A DNA stretch of 64,000 nucleotides from Bryobacterales bacterium (GCA_963422375.2 OY729428.2:1696001-1760000); one strand, 5' to 3'; positions 39,832 through 51,302 are shown, numbered from the stretch's first letter. Numbers and translations are program-made. The notes: generated from the sequence alone by a model not told the origin.

Positions 39832-42459
39832 TCAGAACGACAGGTGCAAGCTGAACCTGAACGCCCGACCGTCGTTGAGCGTGTTGGTGATCTGCCCGAA
39901 GTTGGGCGAGGTGAGCTCGCGGCCGGGCTCGGCGAACTGCGGGTGATTGAGGAGATTGAGACCCTCGGCGCGGAGCTGCAGCGACGTGTCGCTGGGTAGC
40001 GACCACTCCCTTGAGAGCGCGGCGTTGACATTGAAGATTCCGTCCTTGCGGAACGCGTTGCGGCCGAGGTTGCCCGCAGGGGCGAGCGGGTCGATAAATG
40101 CGAAGGCTGCTGTCGGCAGCATCCGCGTCGACGTGTCCGGGTCGTCCGCGGACTGCCCCAGCACGGAGGGGTCGAGCAGATTGGGCCGGTCGCCGGGGGA
40201 CCCGTCCACGTTGCCGAAGCCTTGGCCGTCCGATCCCGCGATGACGTCGAACGGCGTGCCCGACTTCGCGAGGATGACCGAGCTGAGGCGCCAGCCGCTC
40301 GTCAGGGCCCCCGTCGCGCCACGAGCTTGGGGCAAGTCCCAGGTGGCCTTGACCAGCAGGGCGTGGGGCTGGTCGAATGAGCTGACCGCGCGCATCTCGG
40401 CGTGCGAGTTGAATTCGGACTGGCTGCGTCCCAGCCGCCCGGAGCGTCCCGAGGCGGTGTTCGAGAAGTCGTTGCCCAGATCGATAGCCTTGCTCCACCA
40501 GTAGGACGACTCTAGGCTCACCCCCTTCCAGTTCGGCACGGTCAGCACCGCCTTGGCCGCGTCGAAGTAGCCTCGCGAGCCGTTCAGCACCAGGCGATTG
40601 TCGTAAAACCGCGGATCCGGTCGGCGCCGGTTCACGGTGCGCGTGGTCTGGGGTATCCCCGCGACGGGCCCCGCCCGGTTCGTGTACCACACCGTCAGCA
40701 GCTTGTGCGTCCGACTGCCGACGTACCCGAGGTCGAGCGTCCATCCGCGACCGAGGCCCCGCTGCCAGCTCAGCCCGTACTGGTGGGAATAGGGCGTCGC
40801 CAGCTCGGGATCCATGGAGAACACGGTCGAGCGCCCCTTGAGATTCAAGCCCGACGTCTCCAGTCTCGCGAGCGGACTGATCAGGTCGGGAGCCTGGAGG
40901 GTGACATTGACGTAGTGCGGGGGGCTGAAGCGCGCCTGCCCGTACGTGACGTCGAAGATCTGGCCATGCTGGAGGCCGTACGAGCCCCGCCAGACACCTA
41001 GGCCGCGACCAGGGCGGTAGGCGAAGCCGAAGCGCGGCGCGAGATTGTTGCAGTCGCAGTCGTACGGGATTCCCGTCAGCCCCTGGACTTCCCGCGGCGC
41101 GGTCACTGGCTCGTAGCGCAGGCCCAGATCCAGCGTCAGGGAATCCGAGACCCTCCACTTGTCGCCGAGGTAGTACTGCATGGCCCAGTTGCGGAAACCG
41201 CGGTGAATGTTGCCGATCGCCACACGGTACACGCTAGGAGTGCCGAGGCGGATGTTCGTGATCGCATCCCGGCCGAAATCGTTCCGGAAGAAGAATATGC
41301 CCCGGTGGCTCTCGGCTTCGGAACCGTTCACCTGCCTGCGGGTGACCTCGGTTCCGAACGTCCAAGCGTGGTCGCCCCGCCGGTGCTCGGCGCGTGCGGC
41401 GTAGGTGAAGCGGTTCAGGGCGCGGTCGATCGGAATGTTCGAGCTGGGGCCGAGAAATTCCACGACGAAGCCCGTGAGGACAAGCGGCCCCACGGACGAC
41501 TCCTCGGGAACGAGCAGGCTACCCACTCGCTCGTAGGCCGCGGAGACTTCGGTGGTTGTGGACGCGGACCAGATTCGCGTCCACCCCGCTGCTGCCACGT
41601 GGCTCTTGGTCGTGGTATCGGGATTCTGCCCGCCCACCAGCTGGAAGGCGTCGACCCTCTGCCCGGTGAATCCATACTGCATGGCGAGGTGGTCCCGCCT
41701 GCCCGCCGTCTGGCGGAGGCGCAGGGCCCCGCGGTCGTTGTTGATGCTCTGGATGTCGTTGGTGTTCAGGGCTCTCGGGTTGATGTCCGTTCGATTCGGC
41801 AGCTCGTCCGGGTAGGCGTCGAGCACCCGCTGGACATAGGCCCTCGCGGCGGGATCCGTGGCCAAAGGCGTTCGCTCGTCCGGGGCGGGCACTAAGACGT
41901 TGCCGTTCACATTGCCCCGCGAGCGGACTTGGTTCCCGTCCAGAGTGAGGGATGCGCCTTGCCACGGAGTCAGTCCTAGGGTGAATCCGAAAGTGTTGTC
42001 ATGGGCCGGGCGCACGCCTCCGGCCTGAAAGAACGACCGCGCGCTTGTCACGCTGTTCTGGTGAGTCCAGCGGAGCTCGGCATGCGGCTTTGACACCGCA
42101 GGGGCGGCCGCCTGCTTGTAGCGCTTCGGCGGTTGTCCAAACTCCGCAGCGAAGTAACGATTCTCGATCCGAAGGCCAAGTGGCACCGTCGCGGTCGTGC
42201 CCATGCGGGTCGTGAGTTCCCTTAGGACGTTGTTGTCGATCAGGGTGATCCGGACGTTTTCGTTCCGTCGCCCCTCGCCCTCGTCGGAGTCGACCTCGCC
42301 AAGCAGATTGAGCGCCGTCCTGCCCGCGTCGTCTCCGTCGGATTGCGCGGAAGCCTCCCTTTCTGCGGGAGGAGTCGCCGGAGGGGCGGCGTCTGGCGGC
42401 TCCTGCGCCGTCGCGGCCAAGGCGAGCGCCATCAGCCAGGCTGAAGCCAGTCGCCGCAC
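39832..42459 (-). CDS. TonB-dependent receptor-like outer-membrane protein
   Basis: Signal peptide; YLGDKWRV..LTLDLGLRYE, NNLAPRFGFAY, GNLGRN, LRAEGLNLLNHPQF, terminal Phe. Confidence 0.88.
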   Translation of the reverse strand: MRRLASAWLMALALAATAQEPPDAAPPATPPAEREASAQSDGDDAGRTALNLLGEVDSDEGEGRRNENVRITLIDNNVLRELTTRMGTTATVPLGLRIENRYFAAEFGQPPKRYKQAAAPAVSKPHAELRWTHQNSVTSARSFFQAGGVRPAHDNTFGFTLGLTPWQGASLTLDGNQVRSRGNVNGNVLVPAPDERTPLATDPAARAYVQRVLDAYPDELPNRTDINPRALNTNDIQSINNDRGALRLRQTAGRRDHLAMQYGFTGQRVDAFQLVGGQNPDTTTKSHVAAAGWTRIWSASTTTEVSAAYERVGSLLVPEESSVGPLVLTGFVVEFLGPSSNIPIDRALNRFTYAARAEHRRGDHAWTFGTEVTRRQVNGSEAESHRGIFFFRNDFGRDAITNIRLGTPSVYRVAIGNIHRGFRNWAMQYYLGDKWRVSDSLTLDLGLRYEPVTAPREVQGLTGIPYDCDCNNLAPRFGFAYRPGRGLGVWRGSYGLQHGQIFDVTYGQARFSPPHYVNVTLQAPDLISPLARLETSGLNLKGRSTVFSMDPELATPYSHQYGLSWQRGLGRGWTLDLGYVGSRTHKLLTVWYTNRAGPVAGIPQTTRTVNRRRPDPRFYDNRLVLNGSRGYFDAAKAVLTVPNWKGVSLESSYWWSKAIDLGNDFSNTASGRSGRLGRSQSEFNSHAEMRAVSSFDQPHALLVKATWDLPQARGATGALTSGWRLSSVILAKSGTPFDVIAGSDGQGFGNVDGSPGDRPNLLDPSVLGQSADDPDTSTRMLPTAAFAFIDPLAPAGNLGRNAFRKDGIFNVNAALSREWSLPSDTSLQLRAEGLNLLNHPQFAEPGRELTSPNFGQITNTLNDGRAFRFSLHLSF

Positions 42460-42643
42460 CCTTCGGGGATTCTCGCATACCTACTCGGGCGCGTCAGGCA
42501 GTCCGCTGACGGTTCCCGCGGGCGATTCGTTGCCTTCGCCCGGCCCTGTATGATCTACATGCGGCCGGAACACGAAGACCTGTCCCGGCGCGCGACGGCG
42601 CGGGGGCAGGCTTGCTCCGGCAAGTGCCGAACAGGGAGGCTCG

Positions 42644-43423
42644 ATGAGGAAGCTGGATGGCAAAGTGGCTCTGGTCACCGGAGCCGGGCGGGGCATCGGA
42701 CGAGCGATCGCCATCGCGCTTGCGAAGGAGGGCGCGCGCGTGGCCCTCTCCGCAAGGACAGGTGCCGAACTGAGGGGAGTCGAGGCTGTGATCGGGACCT
42801 TTGGCGAAACCGCGCGCACGTACGAGGTGGACTTGGCGGATCGCGAGTCTTCCGGCTTCCTGGCGGGCGCTGTGGCGCGGGACCTGGGCCCGGTGGAAAT
42901 TCTCGTGAACAACGCCGGCGTGGGGGGCGGTGCCAAGTTCAGGCCCGTCGAGCGATTCGACGACGACCACTGGCATCTGACGCTGGCTGTAAATCTGACC
43001 GCTCCGTACCTGCTGACCAAGGCCGTCCTGCCCGCCATGCTAGAGCGGCGCTGGGGGCGCGTCATCACGGTGGCCTCGATCAACTCCAAGAGGGCCTCGT
43101 ACCATGGCTGTGCCTACGCTGCGAGCAAGCACGGAGTGATGGGATTCATGCGCAGTTTGGCGCTGGAGTCAGCCCCGTTCGGCGTTACGGCGAACTGCAT
43201 TTGCCCCGGTCCCGTCGAGACGGCCATGCTGGCCAAGCGCATCGAGTACGACTCCGTCCGGCTGGGCCGGACCGCTGTCGAGCACGTGAAGCAGATGACT
43301 CCGATGGGCAAGATTCTGGTCCCAGAGGACATCGCTCCGATGGCTGTCTACCTTGCCTCCGACGATGCCCGCATGATTACCGGCCAGGCGTACAACGTCT
43401 GCGGCGGAATGGTGATGCATTAG
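42644..43423 (+). CDS. Short-chain dehydrogenase/reductase
   Basis: TGAGRGIG, NNAG, YAASKHG, NCICPGPVET, ITGQ. Confidence 0.94.
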   Translation: MRKLDGKVALVTGAGRGIGRAIAIALAKEGARVALSARTGAELRGVEAVIGTFGETARTYEVDLADRESSGFLAGAVARDLGPVEILVNNAGVGGGAKFRPVERFDDDHWHLTLAVNLTAPYLLTKAVLPAMLERRWGRVITVASINSKRASYHGCAYAASKHGVMGFMRSLALESAPFGVTANCICPGPVETAMLAKRIEYDSVRLGRTAVEHVKQMTPMGKILVPEDIAPMAVYLASDDARMITGQAYNVCGGMVMH

Positions 43424-43479
43424 GTCGTGGCTGGTCGTGGCAGGTGCGTGGGGATGCTCTGCCGGGAGTTGCTGGGCTG

Positions 43480-44900
43480 GACCCACAAAGCGGGGAGGAC
43501 TCGCCGTAGGGCGGGCCTCGGGTCCTGCGGCGTGGGCATATTCACCCGAGTCTTACGCATGGCGGGCTGAGAGATTCACTCGGAGAGTGCCATACCCGTT
43601 CATTGCACTGCTCGGAGAAACTCCATGGAATGCTGTCTTGACTTCCACGCTCGATCCAACATTGGTCGAATTGTTTTCGGGATAAGAGAGAGTTCCAGAA
43701 GTTATCTTGACGGACGCTAAAACGCCTCCTGGAATCCGAAGAAGAAGACGCCCTCCAATTCATTTTCTCTCTAGCCATGCAGCATTGAGAGACGCCAATG
43801 AACTCCCTACAGCAAATTGAAAACCACCGCCGAATTCAACATGTGGTTCCTCTCTCTAATCGTGTGTTGGACACAGCCACAAATCTCGGGATCATCGTTG
43901 TCGAGGGATTCAACAGCGGCAACGATCTCATGAGACTTGGAGATATACTAGAAACTCTCGAGAGTGCATCCGGTGGGCAGGTGCTTTGGTTTGGAGGAGC
44001 TCATCAAATGAATCATGAATACAAGATTGATCTCAATGCGGGGGTCGAGTCTCGACAGATCCTAATGGTTGAGGAATACCTAAGTACTATAATCGCAGAT
44101 CTCCGTGCAATCGGCAAGCTCGGAAGGGTCATTGAATCGGATTCTGAGGAAGTCGTAATCATTACACATAAGAATGGAAATCAACTCGAGACTACTCATC
44201 ATCTCCGCTTGACGGTTTGAGCAGTCGCCTCAATTGTCGACGATGCGTAGACCGCCTTTCTTCCATCCTTAGGGCCGGTGTAGAATATGATGCCGTTCGC
44301 AAATTACATGGTCAATTAAGAGGTCTTCGTGCTCTTGTTGAAGGTGTGCATCGAGAGTTTTCCATCAGGCGCGAATTAGAATGAGTCTTGTATCACCGAG
44401 AAGCTACCGGAATCTCTAGCCACTCGGCCTTGAATGATCCGATTGTTATGCACGGGAAATCTAGTACAGGAGTTACCGGTCAGGAGTCTATCGGTAGTAG
44501 GGATATATTTGAACGGCCCCGGAAGACTCCACTTCGCATGGGGCGTCGTACGCTTGTCTGCAGCCCCCTGCCTCTTGTCAGCGGTCCGACAGTGTGACAT
44601 AGGCAGTACTCGTCAGGCACGCGATAATTGCCGTGGAAGAGACTCTCACGAGATCAGATTTGAGTGGAGAATAGCCTAGCAAGATTCCGAAGCTTGCGGA
44701 GCATCGCAAGTCTTGAATTGTTCGAGGTGCAACGACCGGTCCTGAGGTACTCTATATGCCAAGAATGTATTGGATTGATGGATTTGCGTTTCGGTTCAGT
44801 TTCGAGCCCTTGCGTCTGCTTGGTCGGAAAGAATTCCGCTATTGGCCGTCCATGCGGTCGGACAGGTGGGCCTGCACTTAGGACGCTTGGAGGTGTTCTT
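43480..44900 (+). pseudogene. Decayed lower-GC gene for a large P-loop NTPase-like protein
   Basis: Co-linear fragments broken by stops and frameshifts (WNAVLTSTLDP, GIIVVEGF, VLWFGG, PIVMHGKSSTG resembling a Walker A); boundaries approximate. Confidence 0.5.
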
Positions 44901-44928
44901 CAATTGGGGCATCTTTGGCAGATTTCGG

Positions 44929-46020
44929 TCAGTCCGCGGGTTGCAGCCTGTTGATGGCCTCGTGGTCGAACTCCAGTCCTAGTCCGGGCGCTTCGGGAAG
45001 CACGACCTGTCCGTTGACGATGTTGCAGGCCTGCTTGAACAGCGGAAGCGCCCACGGCATGAACTCGACGATGAGGCCGTTAGGCGCCGCCGCGACGCAA
45101 TGCGCGAGGATTTCCGGCGCGAGGTGACTGACGACCGGCCTGTTAAAGCATTCCGCGAGGTGGGCGACCTTCATCCAGTGCGTGATGCCGCCCGCGCGCA
45201 GCAGGTCGACCATCACGATGTCGACGCTCCCTCTCTGGAGCATATGGGCGAACGGGGCGATTCCATAGTGGTACTCCCCCGTAGCGATGGGCGTGTCGAG
45301 CGCGTCGGCCACCCGCGCCATGCCGTCATAGTCCTGATGGTGGATGGGATCCTCCAGCCAGAATAGCCCGCACTCTTCCATCGAGCGTCCGACCCGAATC
45401 GCTCGATCTACGCTCCACCCTTGGTTGATGTCGACCATCAGGTCGACTTCGTCGCCCACCGCCTCGCGCAATGACCGCATGCGCTGAACTTCCTCTGCTG
45501 CCGATTCCGCGCTGCCCATGCGAAACTTCATGGCCCGAAATCCTTGGGACACGAGCTCGGATCCCTTGCGGGCAAGTCTCGTGGCGTCGTAGTCCCGCCA
45601 CAGGAAACCGCTGGCGTAGGCTTCGACGCGGTTCGACCCGCCCCCGAGCAGGCGGAAGAGCGGCTGACCGGCGGCCTTTGCCTTGATGTCCCACAAAGCC
45701 ACGTCGATAGCCGCTGCGGCAGAAGTCACCAGTCCCGCGGGCGCTCCGAAGCCGCCCAGCTCGAGCAGCGTCGCGCTGACTGACTCGACCGCATGAGGAT
45801 CCTCGCCCACTGCCCGCTCGGCGAGAGCGTTCAACATCTCGCGGAGGGGCTTGAGCATCTCGATGCTGACGAAGCCGGCGTATCCGATCCCTTCGATGCC
45901 TTGGTCGGTCCGCAGTTCGACCGTCGCGAAATTGGCGACCTTGGCGGCAATCGATTCTTGGGCGAGATCGGCCAGCTGGGACGGGCAGGCGACCCGCGTT
46001 CGGAAGGAGCAGATCTTCAT
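44929..46020 (-). CDS. Mandelate racemase / muconate-lactonizing (enolase superfamily) protein
   Basis: AAIDVALWDIKAK, MVDINQ, WLEDP, PIATGE, GGIT, PGLGLE. Confidence 0.92.
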   Translation of the reverse strand: MKICSFRTRVACPSQLADLAQESIAAKVANFATVELRTDQGIEGIGYAGFVSIEMLKPLREMLNALAERAVGEDPHAVESVSATLLELGGFGAPAGLVTSAAAAIDVALWDIKAKAAGQPLFRLLGGGSNRVEAYASGFLWRDYDATRLARKGSELVSQGFRAMKFRMGSAESAAEEVQRMRSLREAVGDEVDLMVDINQGWSVDRAIRVGRSMEECGLFWLEDPIHHQDYDGMARVADALDTPIATGEYHYGIAPFAHMLQRGSVDIVMVDLLRAGGITHWMKVAHLAECFNRPVVSHLAPEILAHCVAAAPNGLIVEFMPWALPLFKQACNIVNGQVVLPEAPGLGLEFDHEAINRLQPAD

Positions 46021-46116
46021 GATGTCGGTCCAAGGCAGCGAGCGGGGCGACGGAGATGCCGTATCGCCCGGCACCGCTAAATCAGACAGTATACGAGGGA
46101 GCCGCGAAAATCTCGG

Positions 46117-46443
46117 CTAGTTCGTCCGGCACCAGGCCAAGCGGATCCGGTACGAATGACCTCCAGGCGCCACGGGAGCCGTCTCGATCACCAACGTGTC
46201 ACCGTCCAGCCGGAAATGCCGGAGCTGTTCCGTGCCCACCCGGTTCGGATCCCGGCTGCCGAGCACGCGATGGGTGACCGAGCCTGCACCGTTGTCCGCC
46301 GCGTAGGTTCCGAAGTAGCCGAGGTATCCGAGTAACGTCGCGTGGGTCTTCTGAGGGCTCGCTCGCCGCGCGCCCCGGCTGAGCCGCCGGACATCGCGGC
46401 GTATCAGATGGCCTGACTCATAGTTGCTCGAGGCGGAGCCCAA
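46117..46443 (-). pseudogene. Lipocalin-like domain fragment
   Basis: YLGYFGTY..VTHRV..PNRVGTEQLRHFRLDGDTL; no plausible N-terminus. Confidence 0.65.
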
Positions 46444-47055
46444 AAGCCCCTCCGGGTCGGGGCGCTAGGGCAGGTTGGCTTGGCCGATTGGCCAGAGGAT
46501 CTCGCATCGGACGAGCCGGTAGGTCGCTTGGATATTCATTCCCGCTCTCGCATGTTGACGACCGCGGTCCCGTTGGCCGGCCCCTCCGCCGCGGCCGGCG
46601 GCGCGGCCATCAAGGCCCCAGCGCAACCGGGAAGCCGGAAGGCCGCGTCCACGCGATCAGCCGGGACTCGACCGCAAGCGGTCTATCTGCTCGGTCCTCG
46701 AGGGCACGGCCATGCGTGCCGACCCCGCCAGTCCGGCCAGATTCAATCTGGGCGAATGGGCAGGTTCCGAATGGGTCTCCGGCAGGATATCGTGTTCGGA
46801 ATCCGTAGCGGTCCGCGCTTCCGACATCAGACCAGCCGAATCCGATTGGCGGAATCGCGGCGAGGTGCGCCTCGGAGCCCGCGCAGCACGATGTACCTGC
46901 ACGCTGTCTTGGCGCCCGTGGGTTCTGGAACATCGCTCCGGACACCGGCTCTCGGTCCGCCCAGGCGCTGGCAACCTCCCGTAGAATGCTCGCGAGCTTG
47001 CGTGCGGAGTCCCTGCCCGGGTCTCCAGGCAGACCGGGCAGTCGAGGTGCCGCCG

Positions 47056-47082
47056 GTAACGCACCTGTAACCGAGAAGTAAT
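47056..47082 (+). promoter_or_regulatory. PHO-box-like 11-bp-periodic direct repeats
   Basis: GTAAC (47056), GTAAC (47067), GTAAT (47078) upstream of the phoX remnant. Confidence 0.55.
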
Positions 47083-47174
47083 GCGGTCGTGGTGACCCGC
47101 AATTCCGACGTGACATTTGGTTGGGACTCTCGAATTGACGCCCCTTTTCGCGGGGGCGATCACGAGAAGGGAGT

Positions 47175-48457
47175 CTAAAGACCAAGAAAACACTCTTTCC
47201 TTCCGGCGACGTCGGATTCAAAGGCAACGAGCCTCGGCGCTCTTGCAGCGACCCCCTTGACGCGGTGCTCACCCGCCGAATCAGGCGCCGTGCATTTCTC
47301 AAGGGAGGACTGCTTGCGCCCGAGTGCATCTTGGGTCCGGCCTCGAACCTGCGGGGGAGCAGCCACGAGGGCACGCTCGCATTTTCGCCCATCGCAGGCA
47401 GTCCGGCCGACCAGATCGGAGTTCCTTAGGGCCACACATGGGTTCCGCTGGCCGAGTTGGGGCAGCCTCTCACCACGGGCACGCCGGAGTTCGACTCCGG
47501 AAACCCGGGACGACGCCCGCTTAGAAGGCGTCTACGGGTGCGCCTTCGACGGGGTCCACGAGGAATGCAACCTAAGCAGCTCCTCGACAGCGGCACTCTC
47601 TACTTGGCCAATTTCAACGACAATGGCAACGGCGGGCGGATGCCGCTGGTCTACGAGAGCGGTCCGCTGAACGCTAGCATCGGGCTTAAGAGCCAAGCCG
47701 CCGCCCTGCCCATTGCCCGCCAAGCCGGCGGCCTGCTGGGAGCGACCCAGATGGACCGTCCCGAGAACACCTACACTAACCCGTCACGGGAGATGTGTAC
47801 GTGGCGCTATCCAACAACACCCGTCGCGAGGCCGGCAGGGAGACTCCGGCCAATCCCCACGCCCCCAACCCGATGGGACACATTGTCGAGATCGTCGAGG
47901 ACGGCAACGACACCGGCGCCACGCCATTGAAGCGGCAGATCTTCATGCTCTGCGGCAACCCGGCCGACGCGTCGCACGGAGCGTACTCCGCCGGATCCGA
48001 CACCAGCCGCGTGAGCGAAGTCGCGAACCTGGACAATCTGGCCTTCGACCGCCACGGCAACCTGCTGATCGCCACCGACGGCCAGCCCCGGCGGAGCGGA
48101 ATCGACGACGGCGCCTTCTTCGTTCCAGCCGAGGGCGAGGAGCGCGGCTAGAACTGCCAGATATTCAGCGGGGTTGTCGGTGCCGAGTGCGCTTCGACGA
48201 TCTTGAACTCGGCCCAGGAGCGAATGCTCGTTGCGATCCAGCATCCGGGACAGGGCGGTACGTGCGAGGACCGGGTCTGGACCTTCGGCGGACCGGATGT
48301 CAACCGTCCGACGGTCGTCGCGGTCACGAGGACGCAGGCCCCCCTATCGCATCGGCGCGTGGTCGAGGAGCGCAATCACCGGGCGGCAGGCCTCCCGCCG
48401 CCCGGGCAGCGAAGCAGGGGGGCCCTCGACCGAAGCCGGAGCGGGCGGTGGAGCTAG
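47175..48457 (+). pseudogene. phoX: PhoX (DUF839) alkaline phosphatase pseudogene
   Basis: Tat motif RRRAFLKG (~47283-47306); LDSGTLYLANF, GATQMDRPE, YVALSNN, NLDNLAFD..GNLLIATDG, IQHPG across several frames with stops. Confidence 0.82.
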
Positions 48458-49953
48458 CCCCGAGAGTTTCCGCGCCCCCGCTCGGGCTGCCAGGTCAGGA
48501 CGGGCTTCCTCGCAGCACGCGTCTCGTCGACGCGGCTGGTGCGGGTGCTGGTCGGCGCGCGCCGGATCAGTTCTGGGTCGCTCTCGGCTTCGTCCGCGAT
48601 CGCCTGCATGGCTGCCACGAACTCGTCCAGCTCCTGCTTGCTCTCGGTCTCGGTCGGCTCGATCATCAGCGCGCCCCGGACTATCAGGGGAAAGCTCACG
48701 GTGTAGGGGTGGAAGCCGTAGTCGATCAGACGCTTGGCGATCTCCCCGGTCCTCACGCCGCGCTTCGCTTGCCGTGCGTCGCTGAAGACGCACTCGTGCA
48801 TCGATGGCGCGCTGAACGGCAGGTCGTAGCGGTCCTCCAGCCCCTTGCGGACGTAGTTCGCGTTGAGCACGGCGTCCACCGTGGCGTTTCGCAAGCCGTC
48901 GCCGCCGTGGGCCAGGATGTAGGCCAGCGCCCGCACGAGGACGCCGAAATTGCCGTAGAACGCGCGCACCCGGCCGATCGACAAGCTGCGGTCCCAGTCG
49001 TAGCGCAGGCCCGCAGCAGTGTCACGGATCCGCGGAACCGGCAGGAACGGCTCTAGGTGGCGGCGCACCGCGACGGGTCCCGCGCCCGGCCCGCCCCCGC
49101 CGTGGGGGGTCGAGAACGTCTTGTGCAGGTTCAGGTGCATCACGTCGACGCCGAAGTCTCCGGGCTTGGCTATCCCGACGAGCGCGTTCATATTCGCGCC
49201 GTCCATGTACAGCTGCGCCCCGCGGGCGTGCAGCAGGCCCGCGACGCGCCCGATCTCCTGCTCGAAGATGCCCAGAGTGTTGGGATTGGTGACCATCAGA
49301 GCGGCGACGTTGTCGTCGACCGCTGCCTCGAGTGCTGCGAGGTCGATCGTGCCCCGGGAGTTGGAGCGGATCTCGACCACCTCGTAGCCCGCGATGCGGG
49401 CGGTGGCCGGGTTCGTGCCGTGAGCCGAATCCGGGATGAGGACGACGCGCCGGGCGTCGCCGAGCGAGTCGTGGTACGCGCGCACCAGCAGCAGGCCCGT
49501 CAGTTCGCCGTGGGCCCCCGCCGCCGGCTGGAGCGTGACGGCGTCCATGCCCGTGATGTCGGCAAGGTAGCGCTCCAACGTGACCTGAATCCGCTGCATC
49601 CCTTGAGAGAGGGCCTCGGGCTGGTACGGGTGCGCGTCGATGATGCCCTCGATGCGCGCCACCGCCTCGTTGAGGCGGGGGTTGTACTTCATCGTGCAGG
49701 AGCCCAGCGGGTACATCCCGAGGTCGATGGCGTAGTTCCAGGTCGATAGCCGGGTGAAGTGGCGAATGACCTCCACCTCGCTGACCTCCGGGAAGCCCTC
49801 GATGTCCCTCCGGACGCAGCCTGGCCCTAGCGCCTCGAGGGGATCGACGGCCGGCACGTCGAGCGGCGGCAGCTGGTAGCCGACCTTGCCCGGCGAGGAG
49901 CGCTCGAAGATGAGCGGCTCGTCCTGTGTCTGGTGCGGCCGGATCCTACGCAT
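48454..49953 (-). CDS. gcvPB: Glycine dehydrogenase subunit 2
   Basis: YPLGSCTMKYNP, QPAAGAHGE, SAHGTNPA, HLNLHKTFSTPHGGGGPG, IEPTETE. Confidence 0.96.
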   Translation of the reverse strand: MRRIRPHQTQDEPLIFERSSPGKVGYQLPPLDVPAVDPLEALGPGCVRRDIEGFPEVSEVEVIRHFTRLSTWNYAIDLGMYPLGSCTMKYNPRLNEAVARIEGIIDAHPYQPEALSQGMQRIQVTLERYLADITGMDAVTLQPAAGAHGELTGLLLVRAYHDSLGDARRVVLIPDSAHGTNPATARIAGYEVVEIRSNSRGTIDLAALEAAVDDNVAALMVTNPNTLGIFEQEIGRVAGLLHARGAQLYMDGANMNALVGIAKPGDFGVDVMHLNLHKTFSTPHGGGGPGAGPVAVRRHLEPFLPVPRIRDTAAGLRYDWDRSLSIGRVRAFYGNFGVLVRALAYILAHGGDGLRNATVDAVLNANYVRKGLEDRYDLPFSAPSMHECVFSDARQAKRGVRTGEIAKRLIDYGFHPYTVSFPLIVRGALMIEPTETESKQELDEFVAAMQAIADEAESDPELIRRAPTSTRTSRVDETRAARKPVLTWQPERGRGNSRG

Positions 49954-51289
49954 CGCCCTTTTTCCGGAAGCACGCCGCGTAGCGCTCCAGCGCGTCGCGG
50001 GTCGATGTCTCCGTGGCGCACACCAGCAAGGTCCCGGCCAATTCCGGGTAGAAGCGGCCGAGGTCGAGTCCGCCGATGATCCGCTCGCCGAGGGCGCGGG
50101 CGTTCACCTCGCTCGCGGGCAGCCGGGTCGGCCGAACCGCGAATTCGTTGAAGAACGACCCGGCAAATGGCAGGTCGGCACCGGCCGCCCGCAGGCGATC
50201 CGCGAGGAAGTGCGCCTTGCAGAGGTTCTGCTCGGCGAGCTCGCGCAGGCCCTTCCTGCCCATCAGCGTCATGTAGATAGTGGCCATTAGTGCGACCAGC
50301 GCCTGGTTCGTGCAGATGTTGGAGGTCGCGCGGGCGCGACGGATATGCTGCTCGCGGGTGGCCAGCGTGAGGCAGTAGGCGCGCCTGCCGCGGGAATCGA
50401 GCGTCTCCCCTACGAGCCGTCCCGGCATCTGTCGGATGTGCTTGGTCTTCGTCGCGAGGACGCCGACGTACGGGCCGCCGTAGCTGGGGGGGTGGGCGAA
50501 CGATTGCAGCTCTCCCGCCACGATGTCGGCATCCTTCGGAGGCTCGAGGAGGCCCAGCGAGACGGCCTCGGAGAACACCGCGACAAGCAGCGCCCCCCGG
50601 CGGCGGACGAGTTCGACCGCCTCGCCGATTCGCTCCACGACACCGAAGAAATTCGGCGTCTGCAATATCACCGCCGCCACGTCGTCGGACAGCTTCGCTT
50701 CGAGATCCTCGAGGTCGATCTGCCCGCTCGCCCGGTCGTACGCGAGGGTCTCGCACGGCAGGGCTTGGTGCCTGAAGTAGGTGTCGAGGACCTGACGGTA
50801 CTCGGGGTGCAGCGTGCGCGCTACCAGCAGCCGGTTGCGGCGGGTGATGCGCGCTGCCATCATGCCCGCCTCCGGGACCGCCGTCGAGCCGTCGTACATC
50901 GACGCATTTGCGACGTCCATGCCGGTGAGCTGGGCGACCATCGTCTGAAACTCGAAGATGCTGGTGAGGATTCCTTGCGAGTACTCCGCCTGGTAGGGCG
51001 TGTAGGCGGTGAGAAACTCGCCGCGAGTCGCGAGCGAGTCGACCACGACGGGCCTGTAGTGGTTGTATGCGCCCGCTCCGAGTAGGCAAGCGTAGCCCTT
51101 GCAGCTCTCGCTGGCGCGCGCTTCGAAGTAGTCCCGGATTTCGTATTCCGATCGGCCCGGCGGAATAGCGAGAGGCTCGCTCTGCCGGTGTGACGCCGGG
51201 ATGCCGCCGAACAGATCCTGGGCAGAATCGAGGCCGATCGCGGAAAGCATCTCGCCCCGCTCCGCAGGGGACTTGGGAAGGTAGCGCAA
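49946..51289 (-). CDS. gcvPA: Glycine dehydrogenase subunit 1
   Basis: EFLTAYTPYQAE, NASMYDG, YGGP, TREQHIRR..ATSNICTNQ. Confidence 0.96.
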   Translation of the reverse strand: MRYLPKSPAERGEMLSAIGLDSAQDLFGGIPASHRQSEPLAIPPGRSEYEIRDYFEARASESCKGYACLLGAGAYNHYRPVVVDSLATRGEFLTAYTPYQAEYSQGILTSIFEFQTMVAQLTGMDVANASMYDGSTAVPEAGMMAARITRRNRLLVARTLHPEYRQVLDTYFRHQALPCETLAYDRASGQIDLEDLEAKLSDDVAAVILQTPNFFGVVERIGEAVELVRRRGALLVAVFSEAVSLGLLEPPKDADIVAGELQSFAHPPSYGGPYVGVLATKTKHIRQMPGRLVGETLDSRGRRAYCLTLATREQHIRRARATSNICTNQALVALMATIYMTLMGRKGLRELAEQNLCKAHFLADRLRAAGADLPFAGSFFNEFAVRPTRLPASEVNARALGERIIGGLDLGRFYPELAGTLLVCATETSTRDALERYAACFRKKGDA

Positions 51290-51302
51290 AGGGCTTCCCC
51301 CG

